This document shows, in pieces, positions 1-10,752 of a DNA stretch of 64,000 bases (its first letter is position 1; every line of letters begins with the position of its first letter). Origin of the DNA: Histomonas meleagridis 2922-C6/04-290x (lineage: Eukaryota > Protista > Parabasalia). The translations under genes were made by a program, and so were the position numbers. The stretch spans positions 248,001-312,000 of the forward strand of contig JAANOX010000033.1 of assembly GCA_020184695.1 (NCBI GenBank). The letters run 5' to 3'. A model generated the notes under the pieces. That model saw nothing but the letters and a program-made list of their open reading frames with translations, was not told the DNA's origin and did no database searches.

Positions 1-1581
1 TTGATGTTGTCCATTTTTAATAAGTGCACCATTAACAAAGATTGGTATATATGCCCAACCTATAGGCTCTCGATCATTTTTAGCTTTAGGTTGTGCTACA
101 AAATGATAAAACTCAATAAAGAAACAATAATTGTTCTCAATTGGAAATGGTAAATCAAATACAAAGTTTTCGTCGAATTGTCCTTTCTCACAATGATAAT
201 AACATTTAGTAAATCCATATTGATCATTTGTAGAATATACTTGTGAATGATGTAATTCTAATGGCTCTCGAGATGTAGGTGATTTCCTTAATGATATTTG
301 TGCAAAAATATTTCGTGCTTTAATTCCTGGTGGTAATTTAAAGGAAACTGATTCTAAACAAAATTGAACTTGATGTGAAAAATACATATTCGATTTAATT
401 TGCATCGATTGTTCATATAATAACCTTAATACAGTATAATTCTTTGATGTTAATTCTTCGATTTGACGGACTGAATGTGTGCTTAATTTAATTGTCATCG
501 ACATCTTATATTTGGGTTTGATTTTGTCCTTTTTGGCAGATTCAACAAGTGACTTCATGTTGGCGCCCGTTAAGGGTTGATCGGCAACATAAATGTTATT
601 GATAACTAATTGTTCGTTGATAATGAGGTCGTTAAGATTGACGTAGGTCCATGCAAATGGGGTAAAAACATTTAAATTTTTGGGCCATGATTGATTGACT
701 GCTTTTTGCGCAGGTTCAGATTTGCCGTTAATATAATACTTGGCTAAATCTTCAGAACCACCTACGGTTAAAATATGTGAGAGAATAAAGATAAGATAAT
801 TAGGACACGTCATATCAGGAAGTTCAAATGATGCTTTTTGATTGAGATTTATTTGGATTTTTTGGCGCTGATAAAATTCTAGATTACTCTTGGGAAAGAA
901 AACCCATTCGTCAGAAATGAAGTTTTTGTCTTGAAGAAGTTTGGCATTGATTTGAACTGGGGCTAAAAATGGATATGAAGTTTGAATTCCAAGAAATGAA
1001 ATTGAGATAAACTGGATGTCTTCAAGCGGTGGTGCTCGAATCGATTCCATTTGTCTTCTTTTTAAAAGCTCAGGCTTTGATTTGAAATAACTGGAGATAA
1101 TATGTGAAACAATTTCTTCATTAACATCACTGTGGATATGTGAACTCTCTGCATCAAATAAGAATGATATGTTCCTTTCTGGTAAAAAGTTTTGTCGCTC
1201 TTTGATTTGGAAATCAGGAATATCAAGAAATTGACAACTTGAAGAATGAAATTGAACAAATGGATTATCAGACCATTTATTTTGAGAGTTTTTTTGTAAA
1301 GCCATTTGGCTTAAATAAGGGTTTTCATCTTCAGATACATCTGGAATAAAATTTGTCCATGAACATGATGCAAGTGACTCATCATTTCTAACCCATTCTT
1401 CTATTTCTGCATTCATGCTCTCCATATCTTGATCATCTATATAAGGAGGATTTGAAAATTCTTCTTCAATTGGTCCTTCTTCTGAGTATTTTGTTTCTTC
1501 AAAAAGCTGCGTTAAAATGCTGCCATGTCTTTTATGATTACTTTTAAATGTTAGAGAATGGTAACTTGGATTTTTACTCAT
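1..1581 (-). CDS. DOCK-family (DOCK-C/D-like) Rho GEF, N-terminal part with C2/DHR-1 domain; runs off the window start
   Basis: Not in the ORF track. Manual translation from ATG at 1581 is open to base 1 and ends ...TKCYYHCEKGQFDENFVFDLPFPIENNYCFFIEFYHFVAQPKAKNDREPIGWAYIPIFVNGALIKNGQHQ, which resembles the DOCK6-11 DHR-1 C2 motif (YH...F.EE.K..LP......LF.FYH.......P.G...LP). Confidence 0.7.
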   Translation of the reverse strand, partial: MSKNPSYHSLTFKSNHKRHGSILTQLFEETKYSEEGPIEEEFSNPPYIDDQDMESMNAEIEEWVRNDESLASCSWTNFIPDVSEDENPYLSQMALQKNSQNKWSDNPFVQFHSSSCQFLDIPDFQIKERQNFLPERNISFLFDAESSHIHSDVNEEIVSHIISSYFKSKPELLKRRQMESIRAPPLEDIQFISISFLGIQTSYPFLAPVQINAKLLQDKNFISDEWVFFPKSNLEFYQRQKIQINLNQKASFELPDMTCPNYLIFILSHILTVGGSEDLAKYYINGKSEPAQKAVNQSWPKNLNVFTPFAWTYVNLNDLIINEQLVINNIYVADQPLTGANMKSLVESAKKDKIKPKYKMSMTIKLSTHSVRQIEELTSKNYTVLRLLYEQSMQIKSNMYFSHQVQFCLESVSFKLPPGIKARNIFAQISLRKSPTSREPLELHHSQVYSTNDQYGFTKCYYHCEKGQFDENFVFDLPFPIENNYCFFIEFYHFVAQPKAKNDREPIGWAYIPIFVNGALIKNGQHQ

Positions 1582-2295
1582 GTATTCCTTTTTATATGTT
1601 TATACTCAGAATTAAACGGTTATTTCGGTTCCATCATCTACTCCAGATACAAAAATCCCTTCTCAAATTTTATACGATGATGAATTAATTAGTCTTATTC
1701 AAAATGCAGATGCGCTAAAAATCACATGAATGATTTATGATTTTTAAATTTATATATTCTCGCCAAAATAATGAAAAATTCAGGCAAATGACTTCTGACA
1801 TTTTACGTTTGAATTGAAAATTGAATCACTTGAAATTTTCAAATAAATAAAAAAATCTGATTAAAATAAAGTGAAAAACTGGAAATTTGAAGTGAATACA
1901 TTCAATAGAGTAATAAATAATATCGGAAATCAGCATTTTTAATAAAAAACATATTTACAGGCAAACTCAATATTAGCTAAGAGAATGTATAAAAGAAGTA
2001 AAAATTCAATATTGGATAAAGAGATAACTATTTCGCATATTCGTGATTAATTTGAATATTAATTCAATTTTTTGATCGCCATTCATAAATTTTATCGCAC
2101 GATGTGAGTTAGTGATAAATTTTAAGATACACAATGTTTTAAATCATATTCTTCTTTCAAAATTCTCGTTTCTTTTTTGTCTAGGTTCATATGATCATTT
2201 TCCTCACAATTTTACGAACGTTACAACATAACGTTCCAGCGGCATAACCACCTTTTATATGTGAAGTGAAAATTATCGTTGTTCACAACTTCTCT

Positions 2296-3516
2296 ATGGC
2301 ATTATCTCGTCCCTTAACTCCACTAGAAAACTTATACACAAAAATTATTCCAATTAATATTCAGCTTGGAATAGAAGTGGATGACCCTCAAATTATTCCA
2401 AAATATGTGGATCAACTTAAAAAAGTATCTTTATCATTGCACTTAATGTCTGATGGGAAAAATTTAATTTCTACTAATAAAGATGTGCCAGTAATGCATA
2501 TTCCAGAATTTCCTAATCTCAAAGATTCTGTTGAATATGTTTTAACTCATAACGCACCAAAAGAAAACTTCCCTCTTGCCACTATTTCCACCAACTCAAA
2601 TCAACTTATATTTAATTGTTGCCATACTTTTGGAGATGGTTCACATCTTAAACGCATTGTTTCAGAACTTCAAAATCCCACAAACACACCACTACCAAAA
2701 CTTCCTACGCCAATACTTACCACCTTTTCAGAAGAGCTTTCACGTCTTTCACCACTTTCCCATGATTATCGAGATCCTATGTTTACACATCTCAAGAACC
2801 AAACACCAGAAAAAGCAGATCCAACCGATGTCTTCCAAAACATTGTTTCCAAATTCCCTGCTAATACTCTTAGTTGTTATCATAATGGCAAAATTTCGGG
2901 CCTTACCGAACATATCAGTGCGTCATTAGTTCTCTCCGCCAAAGCCATTGGAGGACTTAGCGATGGCTTTGGAACTCAAAACGCAGTTGACTTACGGCCA
3001 TTTCTTCCTAAGCATCTTCAAAAATCGTTAGGCATTATTGACCACGTTGGAATGGTTATTATGACATCACAAAAGCCAAAAACATTTGGCGATCTTAAAA
3101 AAGACTTTCGCGCCACTTTAAATGATGCAATTTCACGCAAGCTATTTTTCAACCATATGAAATGGGACATTTTGCACTACTGTTCTGATGAAGGAGTTAA
3201 AGAAGAACTTCCGTTACAAGGTTTAATGGTTCTTTTGTCGAATGTCGGACAAGTGCACATTAAGAAACCGATAACAGATGTGATGATGAGAGTCGACATG
3301 GAAGAGCCTTATTCAGTCGCATCAATAATTTCATATTCGGTGATTTCGGAAAAAGAAAATTCGGTTCGAACACATTTGACTTATGGCGCAAAAGGTACAA
3401 CGAAACATTACATGGAAAGACTCAACAAAGTCTTCGAATACGCAATGAGAAACTTCCAGCCGTCATTGGAAATAGATAAAGCAATCGATATCCTTCGAAA
3501 AATAGATAAGAAATAA
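2296..3516 (+). CDS. CoA-dependent acyltransferase (alcohol acetyltransferase/condensation-domain-like)
   Basis: HxxxDG-type motif (CHTFGDG), N-terminal RPLTPLE and VDLRPFL motif. First ATG at 2296 (track starts at an upstream GTG). Confidence 0.6.
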   Translation: MALSRPLTPLENLYTKIIPINIQLGIEVDDPQIIPKYVDQLKKVSLSLHLMSDGKNLISTNKDVPVMHIPEFPNLKDSVEYVLTHNAPKENFPLATISTNSNQLIFNCCHTFGDGSHLKRIVSELQNPTNTPLPKLPTPILTTFSEELSRLSPLSHDYRDPMFTHLKNQTPEKADPTDVFQNIVSKFPANTLSCYHNGKISGLTEHISASLVLSAKAIGGLSDGFGTQNAVDLRPFLPKHLQKSLGIIDHVGMVIMTSQKPKTFGDLKKDFRATLNDAISRKLFFNHMKWDILHYCSDEGVKEELPLQGLMVLLSNVGQVHIKKPITDVMMRVDMEEPYSVASIISYSVISEKENSVRTHLTYGAKGTTKHYMERLNKVFEYAMRNFQPSLEIDKAIDILRKIDKK

Positions 3517-3816
3517 AATGATTTAATGATAATATTACTATTTTTCGATTTAATTAGTGCATTAATGCGGTTTTTCCCATATATTAATATTACTAATTTA
3601 GATTTAACAAAATATGGTATAATAATCATTTTATTATGTGTTGAAATTAATTTTTCATTCTGTTATGGAAATAAATACTGTAATTTTTTATTAAAGTTTA
3701 ACGGGATAAGCAACACATTGAGAGAACATAAGGTCATTTTGAAGATTACAATGAAATTTAATAAGCACATACAAAATTACTTAAAAAACAATAATTTTTC
3801 CTTGTGTTTAAAAATC

Positions 3817-4185
3817 TAGTTGTAAATATTTCATTCCAGTACTTGCCAATCATTTTATAAGACAAACATTTTTGTATGAATGCGTTTGCAGATTATTAAC
3901 AATATTATTATAATCAATTATAATCGATTTTTATCAACTATGTTTATTTGTAATAATCATTGTTCAGTTTGAAATCGCTAAGCAATCAATACAATACGAT
4001 AATGGCTTATATGTTGTCCAATACCATCCATGGTTTGTTCCAAAAAATCACATAGATTGTGCAAAAAGTAAAAATTTTGGACTTATAAAAACATAAGGAG
4101 ATATGAATTAATTCCTTTTTCTTCTAATTCATTCCTTATTTTTGACTCTGTTAATCTTTTTGCATTTGCACATGATGCGTTCAAA
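3817..4185 (-). pseudogene. Decayed tandem copy of the C-terminal domain of the adjacent trypsin-like protease
   Basis: 3821-3870 parallels 4330-4385 and 3966-4110 parallels 4452-4600 (e.g. tgtccaataccatccatggtttgttc vs tgtccaataccacgcgtggtttgttc). The terminal RWLASTG has become K*LASTG. Confidence 0.7.
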
Positions 4186-4325
4186 AATTAAATATTTTTT
4201 GATATTTATTCAATTCAATCACTTCATTAAATATATTATTAAAATATCATTTCCTCTACGAATAATTTTAAGAAATTCACAAATATAAAATCACAAATCG
4301 CTTAACTTTGTTAATGTATTTGTAT

Positions 4326-5354
4326 TTATTGTAAGTATTTCAGGCCTGTGCTTGCCAGCCACCTTATAAGTCGAACATTTCTATCTGCAGGCATTTGATG
4401 ATCCCAATCACCACCAATTACTTCTATCGGAGTGTTTTCATCAATTATTGACCAGTTTGAAAGCAACAAGTCATAAATATAATAAGACTTTGGTTCTTCC
4501 GGTGTCCAATACCACGCGTGGTTTGTTCTATAAAACCACAGAGGTGTTACCAAGAGAAAAGTTCCTGGACTGATGAATACATCAGGGGAATAAGTTGGTT
4601 GTAATCCTTTTTCTTTTAATTCATTTATTTCCAACTCTGATAAACTTTTTGCATTTTCATATGATCCATTTCTTGTTGAGGCATTTTCATATAAATTATT
4701 AATGGCTTGAATAACAACAGAAATGTTAGTAGCTTCATTACAATTTTCTTTTGGATTCGAGCGTTTGTGTATGCCGAAAACATTGCCATCTGTGTTGGTA
4801 AGTGGTGATCCTGATGATCCTGGCTCAGTCGAAATTTCATGAAGAATATCAAACCCCCAAAAAAGTCGTATGTTTCCTTGTGCAAATGATAAGTCTTCTC
4901 CACCCGGATATTGGATAATAAACGCTCGATCTCCTTTTTGAATGTATGGATTGGGATAAAGATAATTTACACTGAAATCAAAAAATGATGAAGGAATCTC
5001 AACAAATGATACGTCAAGCAAAGGACAAGTAAAGCGAAATGTGTCATGTCTAATTCGAAAAGTAACAAGCTTGTTTCTAGATTCAAAGTACATGCATATT
5101 TCTCCTTCATCTCTAAGATGAAAATCACGTAAAACATGATTATTTGTCATAAGTCCATAAATATATCCTCTGTGAGAAAGTGGAATGGCAACTAAAAAAC
5201 CACTAGCAACACTTTTTTCCAAAATAATTTTACAAGTAACATTTGCAACAGAATTCATCTTTTTAAACGATATGGGTTGATATGTTCCTCTTATTGCCAT
5301 TTCGTTTCTCATATACATTTCATTTCTTTTTGTTGTAGAAGTTCCTCCACCCAT
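4326..5354 (-). CDS. Trypsin-like (Trypsin_2-type) serine protease with possible N-myristoylation signal
   Basis: Triad motifs TNNHV (His), LDVSFVEI (Asp) and STEPGSSGSP (Ser), plus IIQYPGG. First ATG at 5354 gives MGGGTS (G2/S6 myristoylation pattern). Confidence 0.75.
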   Translation of the reverse strand: MGGGTSTTKRNEMYMRNEMAIRGTYQPISFKKMNSVANVTCKIILEKSVASGFLVAIPLSHRGYIYGLMTNNHVLRDFHLRDEGEICMYFESRNKLVTFRIRHDTFRFTCPLLDVSFVEIPSSFFDFSVNYLYPNPYIQKGDRAFIIQYPGGEDLSFAQGNIRLFWGFDILHEISTEPGSSGSPLTNTDGNVFGIHKRSNPKENCNEATNISVVIQAINNLYENASTRNGSYENAKSLSELEINELKEKGLQPTYSPDVFISPGTFLLVTPLWFYRTNHAWYWTPEEPKSYYIYDLLLSNWSIIDENTPIEVIGGDWDHQMPADRNVRLIRWLASTGLKYLQ

Positions 5355-5603
5355 CCAAAAAATGCCGTTTGAAGGTGGTGTTTTTACAAACACCTAAACA
5401 CACTAATTTTGTTGACGGTTGGATTCAATTGTTTGCAATAGAAAATGCACTTTTATTTCAATTTTCTGAACTTATCTGTGGCCACAAGCTTGTGTAGCTA
5501 TCGTGTTTTAGAAAAATGGATTAAGAGGGAAATGATCGTCAGTAAAGAGGAGGAGGAAAGTGACACAATTTATCCAATACAGATTGTATGGGATATCGTG
5601 TAT

Positions 5604-6227
5604 ATGACACAATCTGAAAAACTGTTTAACTATTCGCTTATATTAAACAAATATATAAATTGCGAAAAAATCGATTTATTTGAATCTTTTTTGAATGGAA
5701 TCAATATTGTAATAAAATATTGTAACAAATATTTTTTTCATGGATTTGTTTTACATTGTTCCTCTAGTAACAAAAATCCGAAAATCACTTGTCGTTACTT
5801 TACAACGTAGTGATTTTTTAAAAAATGTTTCAATTAATGATGTATCAGAAGAAGGAAAAACTTTTTCACATTAGCACAATTTATTCATACAAACTCGAGT
5901 TTGTATGAAAAGTTTTTTAATAAATATGTTCAAAATATGGATAAAATTTTCACGTTAACATTTTGTGCATTTGTTCGAACCAATTTTTCAAGAAAATATT
6001 TCATGAATCTTTTCATGAATATTACAAATCCAACTATAAATGAATTAAATTTTTTAGATATAATTGATATTTTAACTAGTGATTTTAAATGTGATTTATC
6101 AAGATTTAATTTATACAATTCTTATCGAAATTTAGATAACCATCAATTACTTATTGAAGTGAAGATTAAAATATTAAGAGATAAATATTATGTTGATCAA
6201 ATTAAAGAATTAAAAAAAATATTTTGA
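5604..6227 (+). pseudogene. Frameshifted hypothetical gene containing a degenerate ankyrin-like repeat
   Basis: Pieces in three frames join to ...RSDFLKNVSINDVSEEGKTFSH/LAQFIH..., an ankyrin-like INDxxxxGxT loop. Two frame breaks are needed. Confidence 0.3.
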
Positions 6228-6344
6228 TTAAAATGATTTTTTAATATCTAATCTGAATAGCGTTTTGCATAGAATACATTATGTTCTTGTAGAGCCCCAT
6301 GAGAGTTTTAATGGAATCATTGAGAGTTCTATACGAAAAGTGTT

Positions 6345-6968
6345 ATGAAACATAAAATTATCATTGGTATTTCTGGCCCTTCAGCTTCTGGCAAAACAAC
6401 AATCGCAAAAAAACTGGCAGAAAAAATAAATACAGAAGTTGTTAGCATTGACAATTATTTCGATTTAAATCCTGATAAAAATTTGCAAATGTTTCATGGA
6501 ATTCAAATTTTTAACTATGATAAAGTGGATTCAATTGACTGGGATTTACTGGTGTATGAAATAGATAATGAAACAAAGCATGATATAATAATTTTAGAAG
6601 GATTCATTTTATTTGGTGACAAAAGAATCGAAAAAATGGTAGATGCACTTATAAACATCGAGTTTTCTGGTGAAGAAGATTTTGGTCTAGCATTGGAACG
6701 TCGAATTTCGAGAGGATTCCATGCCAAAGTTCCAGATGATTATCATGAAAACCCAGTAATTGACCGTGTACACTTCACGTGTTCATATTTTGAAGAAATT
6801 GTTTGGCCAGAAATGCTACAACATCCAGAATACAGAAAACCTAATGGATGGAACAAGCCTCTTTTGGAACTAAACGCCAAATCTCCACTTGAAGAAAACG
6901 TACAAAAGTCCTTTGACTTTACACAAAAATTTATTGAAAGTCGGAAAACTAAATGTTACATATCTTGA
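6345..6968 (+). CDS. P-loop kinase of the nicotinamide riboside kinase/uridine kinase family
   Basis: IIIGISGPSASGKTT Walker A, SIDNYF, IILEGFILF. Confidence 0.75.
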   Translation: MKHKIIIGISGPSASGKTTIAKKLAEKINTEVVSIDNYFDLNPDKNLQMFHGIQIFNYDKVDSIDWDLLVYEIDNETKHDIIILEGFILFGDKRIEKMVDALINIEFSGEEDFGLALERRISRGFHAKVPDDYHENPVIDRVHFTCSYFEEIVWPEMLQHPEYRKPNGWNKPLLELNAKSPLEENVQKSFDFTQKFIESRKTKCYIS

Positions 6969-7625
6969 ATAGTTCCTTTATTGGATGCAAAGATAGTAAA
7001 TAAACTATTTACTATTAGAGAGAAAAATTCCTTTTTTTCATAACTCTTTGGCAATGCAAAAACATATTGGGATTTTTATTAAAAAATAAATCTCATGATA
7101 TCCATAAGTTAACTATAAAATTTCAACCAAGATCATTTAAATCAACATTTCCTATAGAATAATTTTTAATTTAGCGAGAAAATTTCTGCCCCAAGCTATT
7201 GATTTTGTGAAAATTTACAAATTTTTGGTAAAACATACAGATTTCTCAACCATTTCTTAATATTATAATAATTAATTGTCTTTTTCTTTATCGCTATATA
7301 ATTCGCATTTAATAGATGTGTTTAACTGAATTTCATGCATGAATTTTTTCCAATCAAGCAAATCAATATGGATTATATAATAGATCATCCAAATAGAAAC
7401 ATATCTATACAAAAAAGTTAATCAAAACAATTCAAATAAAATGTTATTGTGTATTTTATGAAGATTTAAGACAACTTCTTTTTGCATAAAAAGTGCATAA
7501 GGTCAAAAAATGCAATGCCACTTTTATACACTTTACACCCATTTGAAATTTCAGAAAAATGATAAAAATTTTTAAAATTTAACCGCCACAGATGTTGTGC
7601 ATAAAAAGAAACTTGGCTGAAATTT

Positions 7626-8225
7626 TTAAATCATTTCGCAGCATCCATCCTTTTGCTGTTTAGTTGAGGCTGTGTTAACAGTTGGTGGATGGAGAACAAT
7701 TTTGATTGCTGACTCAAATACCTCTTTAAGATGGTATTGCTTCAAGGCTGAGCATTCAACATAATCACAAGCTCCAATCTTAGCTTTCATTTCCTCACCT
7801 TGTGAAGTGGAGATTGGTTCCATTCCTTTCGACTTAAGTTCTTCTGCATGTTCTTCAAATTCATCTCTAAGATCGCATTTCATACCTACTAAGATGTAAG
7901 GGGTAGTTGGGCAGTGCTCTTTAACTTCTGGAACCCACATGTTTTGAACATTTTCAAGAGATGTTGGAGATACAAGTGAGAAACAAAGAATGAAAACGTC
8001 TGTTTGTGGGTATGAAAGAGGACGAAGCTTCTTATAATCTTCCTGACCTGCAGTATCCCACAACTGAAGGTTAATTGCTTGATCTTCGACCATAACGTTT
8101 GCACTATAGTTATCGAAAACTGTTGGGATGTATTCTCCTGGGAAAGCGTTAGTGGTGTAAGAAATAAGGAGGCAGGTCTTACCGACAGCTCCATCACCGA
8201 CAACAACACACTTAATATGCTTCAT
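7626..8225 (-). CDS. RAC1: Rac-type Rho-family small GTPase
   Basis: [47 protein letters not shown]-terminal CCEMI prenylation motif. TCATTTTC initiator-like sequence directly before the ATG. Confidence 0.95.
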   Translation of the reverse strand: MKHIKCVVVGDGAVGKTCLLISYTTNAFPGEYIPTVFDNYSANVMVEDQAINLQLWDTAGQEDYKKLRPLSYPQTDVFILCFSLVSPTSLENVQNMWVPEVKEHCPTTPYILVGMKCDLRDEFEEHAEELKSKGMEPISTSQGEEMKAKIGACDYVECSALKQYHLKEVFESAIKIVLHPPTVNTASTKQQKDGCCEMI

Positions 8226-8869
8226 GAAAATGAATTCTAAAAGTGGTAACCGTAATTTTTCACCTTAAAATTTATTCAAAAAGCGATTTTTGATCAGGTT
8301 TTGTGACGAATAAACCGCACTTTTATCATCGTCGGCCACGCCTGGAATGATAGACAAAAAACATTTTCATTATCATTAGAAACCTTATGTTAAAAAACCA
8401 AACATTTTATAAAAGAAATGTTTCGCACTTAGGAAATCCCTATATTTAATGATTGTAGTTCAGAATAGTAATTATTATTTTAATTTTAATTCCCTTAAAG
8501 CATCTCAGTGGACGAGTATAGCTTGCTTTCAGCCACAACCAGATAAACAACATTTGAGTTTTCATTGTATAATAAAATTTATATATTCAAACAATATATG
8601 AATACTTTTGTGTTTCATGACCTTGTTATTCTTACTGACGAATAATAGCAAAAGAATTTCCAAAAATTCTAAAATTATCTTTTTTCCAATTTGATGACAA
8701 AAATTTCTTTTTCGACACAAATTATAACCGTTGCAAAATTGAAACAAAGCAACGGAAACCGCCAAAATTTTGAATTAATCCGGGTAACGATGCATTCAAA
8801 AAGTTATTTTGCACGTGCGTTGTTTCCAAAATCAACCGCTTTCCCCTCAAAATAATAACAGATTGAAAA

Positions 8870-9652
8870 ATGGTGACTATGAAGCAATCGACCTTCCAAC
8901 AGCCAATCAAACGTGAAGGCTGTTTGTTCCTTGCTTACTGTTTTATGGCAAACTTAAGAACTGATGATCAAGTTCAAAAAGCTTTCAAATTCGCATGCAA
9001 CAAAGGATGGCTTACAACAACATCATGCTATTGCAATACAGGAATGGATACTTTTATTAATGGTCTTTGCAGTTATTTCGGAACGAAACGGATGAGTGGT
9101 GTGACGCGGAAACATGTAAATAATAATTCGCACTGGATCGTTGTTTCTACATCAACAGGAAAGACAGTATATGATTCAATATATGGTTATAGTGGAAGCA
9201 CATCTGGAGGAGATACAAAACCATCAACACAAAAGATCCGCTCATGCACATCATGGACAGGATATGTTGAAGCAAGTGTTCTTAACGTTAGATCTTCTCC
9301 TGTTTCAGGAAGTGTAGTAACTCAAGTCAAAACTAACACAAAGATCACATGTGGTGATGAATATTTGGGTTCAGATGGTTACATTTGGTACAAGGTCACA
9401 GCAAATGGTAAATCTGGTTATGTTCAATCCGGCTATGTTGTTCCAAAGTCAAGGAAGTCAGGAACAGTTACTGCTTCCACACTTAATGTTCGCATTGGTC
9501 CAGGTACAAGTTACTCTAAGCTTCCAATCAAGTCTACATTATCCAACGGCAACAAAGTTGAAATCCTTGCAACAGTTAATGGCTGGTATCGTATTTCATA
9601 CGGTAGCAGCCCACGCAAGGTAGGATACGTTTCTGCACAATATATCAAATAA
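8870..9652 (+). CDS. Putative papain-like (C39/DUF261-like) cysteine hydrolase fused to two bacterial-type SH3b domains
   Basis: C-terminal half has two SH3_3 repeats (LNVRSSP...WYKV...GYV and LNVRIGPGTSY...GWYRI...GYVSAQYI). N-terminal half has Q6, GC18, H88WIVV and YD102S spacing, like a Cys-His-Asp fold. Confidence 0.7.
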   Translation: MVTMKQSTFQQPIKREGCLFLAYCFMANLRTDDQVQKAFKFACNKGWLTTTSCYCNTGMDTFINGLCSYFGTKRMSGVTRKHVNNNSHWIVVSTSTGKTVYDSIYGYSGSTSGGDTKPSTQKIRSCTSWTGYVEASVLNVRSSPVSGSVVTQVKTNTKITCGDEYLGSDGYIWYKVTANGKSGYVQSGYVVPKSRKSGTVTASTLNVRIGPGTSYSKLPIKSTLSNGNKVEILATVNGWYRISYGSSPRKVGYVSAQYIK

Positions 9653-9843
9653 ACTCCTACCTGAGTGGATTTGTATTAAAGATTGAAATTGTTCATGGAT
9701 TGATTTTGTCCTTGAACATAGACAAAGAGATTTAAAAGCTCTGAAAAAGTTGATTTGTCAAATCAAAATTAAATAATTACTTAACGTACCGATAGACACT
9801 TTTTATAACATATTCAAAAATTCAAAAACGATAATCAATCATT

Positions 9844-10752
9844 ATGGATGTCGATAAGATAATTACACAGCTTTCGACTGGGAATTCCATAAGTTCAGAT
9901 GATGTTATCCAATTGATTGATACTGTAACTCCATTATTTCTTATCGAGCCAAATGTACTTCGACTAGATCCACCAATTACTCTTGCTGGAGACACACATG
10001 GACAGTTAGAAGATGCGCTGAAGTTATTTGAAGTTTCAGGTAAAGTAGGTGATGTACGTTATTTGTTTTTAGGAGATTATGTTGATCGTGGCTTATATTC
10101 CATAGAATTACTCTGTCTTTTAATTGCTTACAAAATCAAATACCCAGATCGCATTTACCTTCTCAGAGGAAACCATGAAACACAAGAGGTTAACTCCGAG
10201 TATGGATTTTTTGATGAAATCAATACCAAATATGGCACTGAAGAAATATATAACAAATGTAATGACATGTTCGAAACTCTTCCTCTTGCGGCCATTGTTG
10301 ACAACCGACTTTTTTGTGTCCATGGAGGTCTTTCACCTGATTTGAACACAATCCAACAAATCGAAGATTACCAACGCGTTCAACAGCCAGAACTTACTTC
10401 TTTTGTAGGTAATATGCTATGGAGTGATCCTGATGAAGTTGAAGATTACGAAAGATCAGAACGACGTTCAGGATATTTATTTGGTGAAGCCCACGTTGAA
10501 AAATTCCTTAAGACCAACAACCTTCAGAAAATAGTCCGTAGCCATGAAATGGTTGATGGATATGAAGAAAAATTTAATGGAAAACTTGTTACTATTTGGT
10601 CAGCTCCAAATTATTGTTATATCTGTGGGAATAAGGCTTCATGTCTTAAGGTAAAAGGACCAGGAGAAGATGATGAATATATAGTATATGAGGCAATGCC
10701 TTTTGAAAAAAGGTTCACACCTCAGTTTATGCATTCAATGTATTTCAAATAA
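9844..10752 (+). CDS. Ser/Thr protein phosphatase catalytic subunit, PP2A/PP4/PP6 family
   Basis: GDTHGQ, GDYVDRG, RGNHE, HGGLSP, WSDP, SAPNYCY, and C-terminal YF tail. Confidence 0.92.
   Translation: MDVDKIITQLSTGNSISSDDVIQLIDTVTPLFLIEPNVLRLDPPITLAGDTHGQLEDALKLFEVSGKVGDVRYLFLGDYVDRGLYSIELLCLLIAYKIKYPDRIYLLRGNHETQEVNSEYGFFDEINTKYGTEEIYNKCNDMFETLPLAAIVDNRLFCVHGGLSPDLNTIQQIEDYQRVQQPELTSFVGNMLWSDPDEVEDYERSERRSGYLFGEAHVEKFLKTNNLQKIVRSHEMVDGYEEKFNGKLVTIWSAPNYCYICGNKASCLKVKGPGEDDEYIVYEAMPFEKRFTPQFMHSMYFK

Noticed and set aside
1062-1259. Track ORF of 65 aa, and the many other short ORFs overlapping long genes (e.g. 2576-2929, 7889-8209, 31264-32786, 55020-55739)
   Set aside because: They are alternative-frame or antisense shadows of real CDSs and have no independent motifs.
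3526-3819. 97-aa ORF with faint ankyrin-like ending (GNKYCNFLLKFNGISN)
   Set aside because: Low-complexity AT-rich sequence; no TAL/TPL motif and no exact 17-nt register.
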